A DNA stretch of 63,500 nt, counting the filler, from Diploschistes diacapsis (Eukaryota): the NCBI GenBank assembly GCA_023645945.1. It is 4 parts of 4 records of this genome, joined end to end, with 100 filler letters (N's around TTAATTAATTAA, not from the genome) between each part and the next. Parts side by side here need not be neighbours in the genome. Positions count along the whole stretch, not along the records: positions 1 to 15,890 come from JALAIB010000534.1; positions 15,991 to 31,858 come from JALAIB010000535.1; 2 more parts are not named here. One strand, 5' to 3'. Both the position numbers and the translations under genes were made by a program. Below the pieces are notes generated by a model. It was not told where the DNA came from, searched no databases, and saw only the letters and a program-made list of their open reading frames with translations. Of this stretch, positions 13,318 through 25,579 are shown piece by piece. Numbering within the stretch: the first letter of the stretch is position 1; the number at the start of each line of letters is the position of its first letter.

Positions 13318-14599
13318 CTCTTTATTCTACTAGGCCGGCGTGGCTCGTTTGCGGCGTGTGAGAGATCACAGACTCTATCGCATATTGGCGGAGACTGGGA
13401 GTACGACCACTTGGTGGCACTATGATAACAGCTACAGTTAGCTTGAACTTAGAAAGCCTGGTTCACCAAAGCGTGACCGTCAAGTCATCATGAACGGGGA
13501 TCAGGCTCCGGGTTTGGAGAAGCACATACCGGAGAGTGAGGACTGTTAGGATGAGGACCGCTCGCAGGTAGGGAAAGAATATAACGGACACTAAGATTCC
13601 TATCGAAGCTGGCGCATATAAACCTCACTTCATCAGAAACTTAGGTAGCTAACGCTGCGGGCTAGACCAGGCTATGAAGGCATCCTGGGCTGAGGCAGTT
13701 CAGAGCGATGGGATAGAAGTAGTCAGGATCACACGAGGATTCCAGTTTCAGGTCCTTAGTTCCGCCTACAGGGAAACGCCTATGGAGAAAACGAAAGTGT
13801 TGAAGGTACCTAGTGTGGATAATGTTTAAATGATAACCTAGTAAGAACTCAGAGCCGAAGGCATGATAATGGCCTTCAGAGCGCCGAGACTCAAGCACCG
13901 GGATGGTGGTGCTATCTACACATCTAAGCGAGTCCCAGCTACGATAGTTATTCTACTTTTGTTCTTTTTGGATAGCCGGATATACAACAGCATATCGAAC
14001 AGCGGGAGTTTTTCGATTATTTATGTTCACCACTAAACCACTTGCCCGATTTAGGAAGCCAATTTGACAAGCTAGAGTTCATGATAAGTAGCGAGCTTTC
14101 GCATAGTAAGGGTTTTAGTTTTTTAATCCGCTAGAGACTGTTATATCCCTTCAAGTAAGCCATCAACAGGGCGCCTTAGATATTCACTTTCTTGTTTTAG
14201 CCGTGAGAGGGAAGTTGAACTCCAAAAGCCATGTTGTCATCCTCTTCCCTTCGTCAATCTGTACGACTCTTTGCTTTACGAAAGTTTCGCTTACCATTTT
14301 GCCGGTTGGTGTCTCATTCACAGAGCCCGTAATTCTCCTTTAGTAGGCAAGACTTGGGCCGTTGAGGTTTCGCTTTTCGAGGAAGTATGAGATTTGTGTA
14401 TAGAGTAGAAGTACAAACCGTGTTGACCTCTCATTCCTCACCGCCTACTTGTGTATCAATCTCCTTAATCGTGGTTGTCGTGTTGGCTTTGACCATGCTG
14501 TCTCTGTCTAGATGAAGACTGCGGAGCTCAGCGCTGCCCTTGAATGTTTCCTAATGAGATAGTGCAGTCCTTCTGCAAGCATTGCAACCGTGTCGTAAT

Positions 14600-15644
14600 G
14601 CTGCCTAATCATCTAGATTGGTAGCATAAGCCGGTCACATTTACTTGGTGCAGATGCTATGGTCTCTTTTTGTGCACCAGCACTCAAGGTAGGCGACTGA
14701 TGCCTGCTATTGGCCTTAGCTAGGAATAGTATTTGAATGCCGGTCTCATCAATCGGCATTGTCGCCTTTGCGATTACTAAGTATTTCTTCAGGGTGAGAT
14801 TTGGCGGATCTGTAACGCTCATTAGGAGCAGTGCCCATACTTTCTCGAGCGTATGTTATTTTCTCCAACGATATAGGCGGAGAGTGGCGCGATTCGGTAA
14901 CTAGATCGCTGCTAATTCTCTCGAGAACCAGCTGGCCTGGCCTGCAGATGAATCAGCGCTCTCATCAAGGGTTGGCGAAGCCCAGATGCTCAAGAATTTG
15001 GCTCATGTGGCAGATGACAGGCATTTCTTCACCAAACAGAGGAGGATAAGGTTCTTGCGCTATGGGCGAATACAGGATGGCGCTTAATCCTACATTGAGG
15101 ACACCCTTGATATCCAAGTCGACAGAATCACCTACCACACGCGTCATTTGCGGAGACGCCCAATGCCGCAATAACAAAGTGAAATATGCGACAATCCGGC
15201 TTGGAACATCGTGCTCCCTCGGATGTGAAAATGCGGTTGACGAGGTGATGTTGTATTCCGATAACTTTAGCTTCAGCTGCTTGGTTCTCGATCTGCCCAT
15301 TAGAAATTATGGCGAGACGATAGCTATGTCCACAGAAACGGGGTAGAGTCTCGATCCTTCCTAGCGTAGCTCTCCCAGTCTTTCTACACGCTGGTTGGTA
15401 TATAGCGAGAAACTCCCTGAACTCCTCGATGCTCGGTTCTGGTTCTGTTTGAAGAACAGTTGGACGTTCATCGCATCCGCCTCTTCGTACGTGATCTCCC
15501 TCCAAAGGTACTTATCTTATGCTTGTTGAAGAGCTGCTTTGTACAGCATAACATTTACGTGAAAAAAGATAGAGCGGATTGCGTGAAATGGGCATGGTTA
15601 AAAGTGAGTGTTGTCCAGGGTTGAAGAGGACAAGCTCTGACCAT
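14600..15644 (-). pseudogene. Degenerate HAD-superfamily hydrolase
   Basis: Broken motif I (VLF.LDNT..H), LAIISNG, SKPD..IF, VGDS.DLDIKG spread over several frames with stops; 3' limit approximate. Confidence 0.7.
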
Positions 15645-15890
15645 AGGGAAAGATTCTTGCGAGTATTTATATTACCTACTAACAAGTTTATAATATTATA
15701 GATATTGTGTGCGGTACCCCGTCTAATTTTTCAGTGCTCGAATTTCCACCAGACAGTAATATATTTTTAATAAAATATGCATTATCTTCTAAACCAAGCG
15801 TCTATTAAAAAACAAGCTCCGTTATTATCCATATAAATGGAATCACCGATATATTAAATAATATTAACGTATATGCATAGCGAGCGGACA

Positions 15891-15990
15891 NNNNNNNNNN
15901 NNNNNNNNNNNNNNNNNNNNNNNNNNNNNNNNNNTTAATTAATTAANNNNNNNNNNNNNNNNNNNNNNNNNNNNNNNNNNNNNNNNNNNN
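15891..15990. other. Assembly gap with artificial TTAATTAATTAA linker
   Basis: 44 N + TTAATTAATTAA + 44 N, identical at all three gaps. Confidence 0.97.
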
Positions 15991-16288
15991 GGGGGGGGGC
16001 CGCCTGACGGGATAGGGGCAACTTCGATAGTGAAAGGGGCTTAGAGTAGATACTTCACACTGGTGACAGTGAATACATGGCGTGTATGGCAAAAGATGGC
16101 TTTCAAAAAGCTTGAAAAAAAAAACTGAAAAAAAACTGGCAATCGGTGGTCCTGGCCGTTGTTCTTGGAAGAGAATTGGCCACTATTTTCCTCAAGTGAT
16201 GGTCCCCACACATTGGTAGTCTCAGCAGGTGGGCTGATCAGGTCTGAGCATTGCGGGGTGAAGACCATCCACACAAGGAAGAATCGGT

Positions 16289-18553
16289 TCATGCTATGAG
16301 TCCCACGTGAGCAAACTCGATGTTATCCCCCTTGATGTTGTCCTTGAGATACTTGATCGCGCACTCGACGCAGCAGTCGTCCTTGCGCAGGAACCACGCC
16401 TTGAAGCGCGGCTGCCGGGCCTTGGGCCTGTGCAGGTAGAAGTCCGCCAGCATCATCCAACGCAGCGTGCTGTCGCCCACCGTCGAGGACACGTGGACGC
16501 GGCATTCGGAATCGCGGGCGGGCAGCGCTTCGTTGCGCCGCTGCCGGTCCTCCGCGGCCTGCTCCGGGGTCGTCATCGCTCGCGTCATCTTGGCGTACAG
16601 ATTGTGCTGGATTGCTGGCGGATTGGTCTGTAATTCCCAGGGGTCATCCTCCCTTCCGACTGGGTTTGAGAGGCTGCGGGGAGAGCCCTGGAAGACCCAG
16701 GTCTTGGAGGGCACGACAAGCTTTTGCCCAGGGAGGCTGCGGTTGAGGCATTCGCAGGGCGGTAGGAAAGAGCTTCTCCAGTAGATCTCTTGCATGCCGC
16801 GGAAGCCAAGCTCGAGTCGCAGGTCTTCAGATTCGTGTCGGTTTTTCTCGACGTGGAAATGCATGTCCTTCCGGACGATGAAGGCGTTTTCGTCAACACC
16901 GATCATGTAACTAAAGTTCGAAACGCCGTTTGGGAAGCTTGCGATTGAGACTGTGTCGCCGCTGCGACCGGTTATCTTGTATGGCCACCGTTCGTTAACA
17001 TTATCTGTTGGCAAAATTATGGATTGAGCGTCGGTAATGAAGGATTTGCGCTCTCCATTTCGCGAGGGGACTCCATTGACAATAGCTACCTCAGAGCCCA
17101 GAGAATCAGGGTCGCGACCAGTCAGCCCGATAGAGTGCAGAACCACAGACCACCCCCACGCGCTTACGACTGAAGCGGATGCTACGGCAGGATCATCGTA
17201 TCCTAGGATAATCAGAGATAGGAATTCAAAGTATGCTCGATATGTAAAGTTTCTACTGGTGATAGATGGTGAACGGAACTGGACATCGTGATCCAGGCTT
17301 ATTGGAACGTCGTGGCAATCTCCAAGGTTCTTCACCATGCAAAAGGCGAGAATTATATCCACGATGTAAGCCATTCTTGGTTCCCGTAGGACTAATGGAA
17401 CGTCGCAATCAGTAAGCGATGCCCCACTTTCTATGGAAATATGGGGGAATATCAACTTGCTAGCTGCGAGAATACGCGCCTCCGAAGGCACGGGGTCCAC
17501 AAGACAAGATGTGACTGGGTCGCTCCTTGTCTTGGTATCTAGAGCACACGAAAGTGCAGTAAAAGTGATGTGAGCGGCGAAGGTCTCGGGACTTAGATGT
17601 ATTTTTGTGAAATGATTGGCATTGATGTGGAATAATCTGTGGCCAAAGCCGTACATTGGATGCCGATTCGAAGGCCATAGCGTATTTCCAATCGCCGTAG
17701 ATGGTACAGACAAGAATTTTATATCTTTTGTTCTGTCCAGTAAAGCAAATCGAAGAGGCATCGGCCCCGATCCGGGAGTCCAGGAGCAGTTGATTGAAGC
17801 ATTGGGTCTTCCATTACCAAATTTCAGTGACTTGTCATCGCATATGATTTCAACTGTAAGACCGAGCAAATCATGGGCCCATATTATCACGGTAGAAAGG
17901 CCCCTCGTCGACTGAATGGCAATGAAATGCTCTTCTGGCCAATGTTGGACCGCGGGCAGTGCGTCTACCAACCCTTCTAGGATATATTCAGGGATCGTTC
18001 TTAGGTCCGTACAAAAAGTAAAACCAAGGTCAGCGACAAGCACAGTTTCGACTGCTCTGAATTTGGATTCCCAGGGGAAACCGCAAGTTTGCTCTCTAAT
18101 GCAACGCATTGTACCAAGCATATCCGCATATGTGGGGAGTTCGAGATCGTTCGCGTGGTATTTGGTAAACGTTTGGACTAGCGATTGAGCTAAAGACTTG
18201 ATCTCATGGCCCCAAATTAAAGCGGACAATTGAACAACCATCGAAAAGAAAGGCACTTTATCGACAGCATTACGGACAGTCGGCCCGGCACCTGCCTCAA
18301 GCACGACTTCGGCGACACCAGCCAGCTTGTGAACACTTGACGTCCTGACAGCATTGCGAAAGGTGCGAGAAAAAGCGTCATCGATCCGTGAACGCCCAAA
18401 AATCGAAGCAAGATCGTGCTCTGTCACGATGTCCGAACCGGATTTCTTGAACGATCGAACAAGTCCCAAGAGGCTTCTGCTTGCGATGTTCACAATAGGA
18501 ACGAGCGGTACAATCTTGCTTAGCTCAACCGAGAGGGAGAATTGGCTGTCCAT
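16289..18553 (-). CDS. Uncharacterised fungal protein (~750 aa, single ORF)
   Basis: 765-codon open frame, likely start MDSQFSLSVEL; motifs SGSDIVTEHDLASIFGR, GWSV...DP, GVPSRNGERK..I.D and C-terminal CCVECA resemble a widespread hypothetical ascomycete family. Confidence 0.75.
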   Translation of the reverse strand: MDSQFSLSVELSKIVPLVPIVNIASRSLLGLVRSFKKSGSDIVTEHDLASIFGRSRIDDAFSRTFRNAVRTSSVHKLAGVAEVVLEAGAGPTVRNAVDKVPFFSMVVQLSALIWGHEIKSLAQSLVQTFTKYHANDLELPTYADMLGTMRCIREQTCGFPWESKFRAVETVLVADLGFTFCTDLRTIPEYILEGLVDALPAVQHWPEEHFIAIQSTRGLSTVIIWAHDLLGLTVEIICDDKSLKFGNGRPNASINCSWTPGSGPMPLRFALLDRTKDIKFLSVPSTAIGNTLWPSNRHPMYGFGHRLFHINANHFTKIHLSPETFAAHITFTALSCALDTKTRSDPVTSCLVDPVPSEARILAASKLIFPHISIESGASLTDCDVPLVLREPRMAYIVDIILAFCMVKNLGDCHDVPISLDHDVQFRSPSITSRNFTYRAYFEFLSLIILGYDDPAVASASVVSAWGWSVVLHSIGLTGRDPDSLGSEVAIVNGVPSRNGERKSFITDAQSIILPTDNVNERWPYKITGRSGDTVSIASFPNGVSNFSYMIGVDENAFIVRKDMHFHVEKNRHESEDLRLELGFRGMQEIYWRSSFLPPCECLNRSLPGQKLVVPSKTWVFQGSPRSLSNPVGREDDPWELQTNPPAIQHNLYAKMTRAMTTPEQAAEDRQRRNEALPARDSECRVHVSSTVGDSTLRWMMLADFYLHRPKARQPRFKAWFLRKDDCCVECAIKYLKDNIKGDNIEFAHVGLIA

Positions 18554-19269
18554 GGTCAATAATAACTGATTTTCGAAGCATAACACGTTTTTAACGTCTT
18601 CTGCTATTCTCTGTGGAAGGAAATTAGTATTAAAGCATGCAAGGCAACAAGGTCCGGTAGCGAAGCCATGCGATAAACAAACTCGTTGAGTTATCCACTA
18701 TATAACGTTATGATATATGGAGGAAGAACCGTGGATCTGAAAGCCTATGGATGTTCGTAGTTGATTGGGAGTTTGGATGGGAAGTTGTCGGTCGGCAAGT
18801 TTTGATCAAGCGGAGGCTCGGCTGATGGTGATTGACAGCTGAAGAGCCCCAGCCAACCAGCGGCTCCCATCAGCCGCCCACTTTGCTAAAACACCCACCC
18901 GTAAGTTATTGGTTGCCTTTCCATTATTAGTAATTCAGTTGATTCCATAATTTGTAGTTTGCATATGAGACATGCCAAAAGTATTTGGTTGTTCCCATGA
19001 GATGATGCGCATCGTAGGTGCTCAAAGCAAAGTGGCTCTAATGTACTATTTTGCTAGAGACAATCGACTCGTGTCACCGAAAGCACTAGAGTTTCCTTAT
19101 AGAGAGCATCTATGAAACTTTCTTTGATTGGTTATCTCCCATCAGATTCTTCATGCAGCATCCCCAATACAGAGAGCAAGACCCGTTCCCGGAACCCGTT
19201 GAAACCATCGCAATCAAACATTTGACGTATCAACTATCAACGAAACTCCGGGTGGCGTGTGTCCTTCCT

Positions 19270-19832
19270 TCACTCTTCGGAATGGTCATAGAACAACTTC
19301 TTGTACTTATGGGTGCACTCCACTACAGCATTAGCCGCTGCGTAGTCTAGTACATTCAGTCAGTTGTAATGTTCCCCTAGAAGGTGTTTGCGAGTCTACC
19401 GAAGTTTGGCCCAAAGTCAGTTGCCTGATAGCTTTTGACTGTCAGGTCAGGCTGTACTCTGCCTATCACCTCCGCAGCATTATTCACCATCAAGTGGGCG
19501 TCCTGGTGCTACAGATCAGCACTGCGCCCAGGAAGCTCTGCGGTAGCTATATAGAAGCAGCCTTAAGCCACTCGTGAGGACAATGTGGACATGAAAAGAA
19601 TAAGAGCCGTTGCTTGCTTCAGACCATGGAAGCACAGCAGCAAAGATAAGACAGAAAAGAGATCAGGATGCGTTCAACTGACTCTGTTGAGGTGTATAAC
19701 AACACTTCCATCTGCTTCCAGGGACGCTGTCTCGCCTCGCAGCGTGACCACCTTGCCCACGATTCTGACAGTCTGGTGAGAGAATTGCTCAAGATAGCGA
19801 GCATTTATGCGCGGCGTTGCTTCAGCCGCCAT
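19270..19832 (-). CDS. RPA3: Replication protein A 14-kDa subunit (3 exons)
   Basis: MAAEATPRINARYLEQFSHQTVRIVGKV...|DAHLMVNNAAEVIGRVQPDLTVK...DFG.NF|DYAAANAVVECTHKYKKLFY. Confidence 0.93.
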
Positions 19833-19947
19833 TGTGACTATGTGTACCTCAATAGTGTTGTGCGTAGAGAATTGAAGCAGGGCGGTCAAATTGGATAGGG
19901 CTACGAAGGGAAAGAAGCGTCACAGTAGTTTCTTCTACTAGCACGGG

Positions 19948-19959
19948 ACGCGTACGCGT
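19948..19959. promoter_or_regulatory. Tandem MCB (MluI) boxes upstream of RPA3
   Basis: ACGCGTACGCGT ~120 bp upstream of the RPA3 ATG; MBF sites are typical of DNA-replication genes. Confidence 0.65.
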
Positions 19960-20368
19960 CGATGCGAAATCACGTGTGCGTTTTACAATGCCCACCAGTT
20001 TTTGGATAATTCGAGTAAGGATTATATCCTTACTCTATACTTTACAAGTATGGCATTTCTATACAACGCCTAGTAACTACCGTTCTTTCTCTACCCAGCA
20101 CCGAAAAAGAATCTTCAGGTATACCCAAGGTCACGCTTGGTCTTGTCGGAAGAGGGTGTCAAGACGGCAGTAAAGGTATTACCGGTGCACCAGAGATGAC
20201 TAAAGTCAAGGCAGTGATCTGACCAAGTCTGGACTCTGCGACTCGCTAAATATAGCAATATCCATATTAGACGATCATTGCCTTGGCGCCGAGATCATCA
20301 ATCGCGAGCGGAGGTACGTCCTCGAGGAGTTAATTCGTGTCATCGATTATGCCTGGTGTTTGTTGACA

Positions 20369-21017
20369 CTAATCTGCTATTTGGCACGGCTCTAAGCTAA
20401 GGACCGAATTCTCACACCCACCAGTCGCTGCGTGGCTCTGCGGTCTTCGAGATTGATCTCCGCCTTCACGGCGCGGCTCGGTACGACGAGAGGGTTCGAG
20501 TCCCATGGGCTCCATCATCTTACGTAAGGGCTCGTTGGAAGGTGTTGTTTCCATCCAAACCGCGCCGGCCTGGAGCTCCTGGAATGGTGGCAGCTGTAGC
20601 CTCATAGGCAAATCCTCGACGCTGCAAGTGGTGGTCAATGAGCAGGCCTGTGTCGCCAAGAAGCCCGAGATCAGCGCCGTTGGGTGACTCGATCATGGGT
20701 TCCATTGGAAGGGAATTGAATCTGCCAAATCCGATAATGGTGCCAGCCGGCGTTTTGGTAATCGTATCAATCTCGCGAAAGCAGCTGACCACGAAAGCGT
20801 TTTTGCCTTGAGCTGCAGTCTCGCGCCATTCCAATATGCGGTCTTCGAATATCCTGGCTGTCGTACCGTCCTCGATTCTGGTAAAGTGGTTATTGGCTGG
20901 CGATGAAAGCAGTTCGTTGATCGCTGCGCCTTCGCTGGGGTGTGCACCACGAACTTCAAAGCGTGGGGTGAATATCGAGTGCTCGAAGGGGTGATGCAGT
21001 GGTAGTTTCTTGTCCAT
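20369..21017 (-). pseudogene. GNAT (RimJ/RimL-type) acetyltransferase, frameshifted
   Basis: TPRFEVR...IIGFG.FN...DTGLLID..LQRRGFAYEA; the continuation ELQAGAVWMETTPSNEPLRKMM is in another frame. Confidence 0.65.
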
Positions 21018-21909
21018 AGTGAAGGCAAGGCGGATGACCCCACAACGTCGGGTCGGACCAAGGAGCCTCTTTGTACAAGTCTACCCCGAGATGTTTTGTC
21101 TGCGAAAGCCGAAGTAAGCGTTAAGGTGTTTCAGGAGACATCTAGGCTCTTAGGTTTTAGGATTATTTCACTAACGGCTTGCCGCACATGTTGCCAGCAG
21201 CGTTATAACGGGTTGCACCTGGATCCCCAATCCAGCAGAACCATGCTCCTACTCCATATACGGGGCTTAGGATCATTCCCGGGTAATACCCAGAGTACTA
21301 CCCCGGTTTCTCTGCGCTTACAGATTCCCATGAGAACCAGAGCACGGGATCAGTGCAGTACATCTTATACAGCGCTAAAGCATCCATTCCCGCGATGTTG
21401 TGGCAAAGATACGGATCAACGCAAGTTGCAGGGAAATTTCCCTCTGAATATTGGAGGTGGTTTTCCCTCGGTGCCAAGAATGCCGACCCTCTAGTCTGAC
21501 TCTCCACCCAAGCCGGCTTCAGTGGGGACCAAAAACAGTCCCCCTTCAGACACAACGGAATCGTCCATTCACCGACAGAATGGATGCCTTCACTGCCCCA
21601 AGTATGGCGCCTGAACGGACGGGCAGCAAGGATCTCGATGGATCTTCTCACACTCTGCTACAGAAGAGCACCTTCTCTGACCTTCATGAAGTCCTCTCAA
21701 AACGCGTCTCGTCACCCATCTTTTATGTACGCGACCAACTACAACCGAGCTCTACCTTTAGGCCAGCGACCGCGACCTTTGTCTCTCTCTCCTCTCCCTG
21801 CAGAATCCCTCTACCAGCTATACTATCCTACGTATAAGATACCACCCCGCACTGTGGGCCACTACCAGGGGCAAAGAATTGCAGGGAAGAGTGGTTTCTG
21901 CAAGGCCGA

Positions 21910-24255
21910 ATGGCCATACAGGATTTTGGTCGCAGGACAATCGCCCAACTCTCGCCTGAGCATTATCGATGCCATCGACAACAACTTACCGAGAAGGGTA
22001 CTGTAAGAAAGCGGCATGCGGACTCAACGAAAGAAAATATTTGGGGTGTGATGATGAAATGGACCAGGTGAAGATTCATATTCTATGGGTAAACCGAGAA
22101 GAGACGCCGATACTAACACAGTTAGACATTGCGAATTTCTTGGAGAAGACAGGCTCAGCTTCCTTGTGCGTGCCACCAAGGAAGACATCATGACCTTCCT
22201 CAAGTGGATTTTGGACGTTCACCCTCGAGTCCGGAAAAGAAGTACTTTAGATGAATACTGGAGAGTGTGGTGTATGTTATATCGAAAGTCTGTTGGCAAA
22301 GGTTTGCATGCTAAAGTCATGGGAGAGGTCCGCGATGTGAGGATAAAGAATTGCCTTTCTTCGGGACTGATCGCTAATCTATGGTAGTACATTGATGGAT
22401 ACTTAACTATCAAGTACAGCCTCGACACCGGTGTGCGGGAAAAGCCAGTCATGGACGTTGATGACGTGTTTCTCGTTCTTCATCATCACTGGGTTCTAGA
22501 CACATCGGTGTTCCCGGACGAACGACAACGCCTACAGTTCTCTTTCTTGCTTCTGCTCTCTGCGTACACGGCAACAAGGCCGGCGGCCTTAGTGTACAAG
22601 GCGACCAATCGCACCAAGCAAAGAGAGCACTACCTTGGATGGGAAAACGATGTCCCCGGCGACCATGATGAAATGGATCTGGACTGGGAGGATATCAAAC
22701 CTCTCTACTATGAGGATATGACGTTGGTGATGCTCCCGAATCCGGAGGCGAAGCGAGATCTACTTGCCATGGAGATCACCCTGAAGTATACCAAAGGGTA
22801 TCAGAAGAAGCCGAACCCGTGGGTTTCTCCGCCGTGATTCGGTGGCAGCCTGCTAACAGCTCTCCAGGAAGACTTATATTCTGACTGAAGTTGACACCCT
22901 TATTTTTGATCCGATCTTGCTCATGATAACGATGGCCATCCTCGACAACGCGTTTGAGTCCAAGGTCAGCTCCATGGAAGACATAATCCGTATTCGAGTT
23001 CGTGCGCCACGACGCAGTTTGGAATTCAAGTGGCGTGCAAACATGCTCAAAAAGCCGGTTTTCCGGCAGGCCGAGCGCACGCCCACTAGCATTCAAACGT
23101 CGCCTGTGAAGGCGTTACGCTACCACACCTACCTCTACTTTCTTCAACGATTAGGTCTCCAGGCAGGACTGATGCAAATCCTTGAAGGGTATGTCCTCCG
23201 ACGGGGAGCTGGCGAGGCTGTCGAAGGTACGTGGTACTTGTCCAAGCTGACCGATGTGATGCTAAGGCCGTACAGGCGTTGCCACTCAACCTCAACTTCA
23301 ACAAGTCATGTGCCATCGGGACGCTGGTATCTACCAGGCTTACATCAATCAACGCGTCCAGTGTGACGTACAAGCTGCATTCCTCGGCCAACCTTCGTCC
23401 ACCGCTCTTTTCAAAGCCGTTACCCATATGAGCCGCCATGCTGACCCACGCGTGCCGACCGAACCAACTGCGGGCGAAGTCAACGCTCTCAAAGAGGACC
23501 CCGGGATCGTTCAACTTCGAGAACTAAGAGATCGACTATCGAGTGAAGCTCGCAAAGAAGCCGGCACCCTGAAGAAGGCGGAAACGCAAGGGACCAAGAT
23601 CTATCAGATGTACAAGGAAGCCGACAGAGCGCTTCGTTCTGCAAAAATGACAGCACTCAATTCGGCGAAGAAAGCCGCTCGACAGCAGTTTTTCGATACC
23701 ATCAGCACAATTGAGATCAACAAACAACTTGACCTCTCCATGCTCGATCTCGATGAGGGAGACTGGGAGCCGCAAAAGGTGGACCACAAGTTAGAAGAAC
23801 GACAGATCCTTGCCGACCTGTTCTGCAAGGACACCGACGTCGTGAGTGATCGAGAGAAGCTCCATCACAGGATCTGCACCACGAATGCACTTGTGGCGTT
23901 GTGCCGCAAGAAGGATGTTCCCGTACGACTCAAACCGGATCGAACGTGGGGAATCCGACACAAATGCGAATCTCCAGAAAGCCAGCCCTTTCCCAAGGCT
24001 CCGACAACGACGCAGTGCGTCTTCTGCTTCTGGAATACAAGAGAGCCATGCGAAGTCCGACTCCACAACTTCTCAACAGTGTACAAAACTCGGGATCATG
24101 TCGAACTCCATCTCAAACAATTTAAGGAAAATGATGACATCCCATGCCTGGACCCCCAATGTCAAGCTTCCGCCGTCGTCCTCCGTGGACACATGCACTT
24201 CAAGAACCATGAAGCTCGTATGCACAATTACGATGTCTTTCGAACATTCAGTTAA
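21910..24255 (+). CDS. DUF3435 tyrosine recombinase (Starship captain), intact, ~712 aa
   Basis: Exons 21910-22067, 22126-22336, 22388-22818, 22868-23226, 23276-24255 join in frame with GT-AG introns. Motifs KPVMDVDD..HHW..DTSVFPDERQRLQ..AYTATRP (Arg), YTKG (Lys), YVLRRG, MCHR, QAYI (Tyr), DVQAAFLG, HMSR..DPR.P and C-terminal QCVFC...HFKNH..H zinc fingers. Confidence 0.93.
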
Positions 24256-24318
24256 ACACCGCGCTTTAACGATTCGGATGTGACTGCGCATTCCTGGACG
24301 AACATCCGGGCATAAGGT

Positions 24319-25255
24319 TCATACGGAAGACCGCTGCTTACGAAAACCGGGAGCGCGGGTCTCAAGAATATTTTTGGGCGGCTCTAGCGGGCCATTTTCA
24401 ATCCCCACCAGCTTCACTTGATTGAACCCTAGATCGTCGGATTGAAATTTTTCGGCTTCTTCCACTTGCAAGCGCAATCTGGTTGAGAGTCCGTAGAGAT
24501 TAACGGCCTCGTTAGCCATCTCATGCTGCCCTGTAGCTGCATTTCTTGCGTTGGCGTAACTGCGAAATACTCATACGAAGGCGTGAACATGGTAAACGTT
24601 GATGGCATTAGGACGACTCAAAAAGAAGATCATGCGTTGGTGTGAGGCCGGAGCATCGGTGTCGATAAGTCGTTCGCTCTGATGGAAAAAGCTTTTGACA
24701 GTCGCGTGGTGCGTGACGTTTCGTTGGAAACCCTGCTGGGTGCCAAAGAATGTTTTTGTTCTGGTTGCTTGCCAGGAGGGCGGGCAACATCTCAGACGAT
24801 GTGGTGAATCCGGTCAATCACTGCTTCTCTAATGGCAACTAGGAGACCTCATGGTGCAGAAAAGCACGGCGCGTTGGCGTGGGACGCTTTCAACAGAGTC
24901 TGCAAACAGCGTCCTTGGTCAGATCCGGGGACGACCATCTCTGCACGCGCTCAGTGTGGTATGGGGACTAAATGGGACTCTGGTCATGCTCTGAATAGTA
25001 TGCTCTGGCAAATCCCATTTCGGCATGAGATTCCACGGGCGGGTTTTGCAGGGGGCCTGTTATGGAAGCCTTCCCTTTTCGTATCAACTTGGCCCAAGTT
25101 GATAACGACGGTCGACAATCATAAAATTTTTCGGGGAGGCCCATGAAGCCCACATCTGCGCCTGCATTCGTTGTTGTACTCTTTTGATTTACAAGCAGAC
25201 CCCTCACTCCGGTCTCTCCACAGCCGAGACAAAAACCGCGTTCTGTACTGTACAT
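24319..25255 (-). pseudogene. Possible degenerate ORF of unknown function
   Basis: Short ORF pieces (MYSTERGFCLGCG..., MANEAVNLYG...) interrupted by stops; no family recognised. Confidence 0.3.
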
Positions 25256-25579
25256 TGGTCCTCAGATTAAAACTGGTCTCCTGCGCCTCTCTCTTCACGC
25301 ATCAGTGGTTGGGAAGTGGAGGGAGTTAGGAGGGCTTGTATAGAGGCAGCATCGCCATGCAAGATCTACGTCAATGGCCTATATCCCAGAACTCACCTAA
25401 GCAATATCGACGGCATCGTTTAAACCTGGCTTAGGAGGAGGCTGTGAAGAAATCACATGCGGAATCGACCAAAAATAACATTTGGAGAGTCATGACCTTG
25501 GAACATTGTTCGCTTTGTCAAGTTAGCTCTTGGGGGATGACAGTTGAAGAGTTAAGAATCGGACATACTCTGCACTTAT

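Noticed and set aside
15935..15946. TTAATTAATTAA palindrome repeated at three sites
   Set aside because: Always centred in a 100-nt N-run; an artificial six-frame-stop contig linker
21297..21305. ACTACCCCG shared with 51845-51853 as a candidate Starship direct repeat
   Set aside because: A 9-mer match is expected by chance at this scale, and the second copy lies inside the MITE
21622..21660. GGCAGCA...GATC...GATC as the missing 5' half of the tRNA fragment at 51106
   Set aside because: Lacks U8 and a proper A-box and gives no anticodon arm; probably coincidence
21451..22006. ORFs upstream of the captain as additional genes or an N-terminal extension
   Set aside because: Not in frame with captain exon 1 and without recognisable motifs
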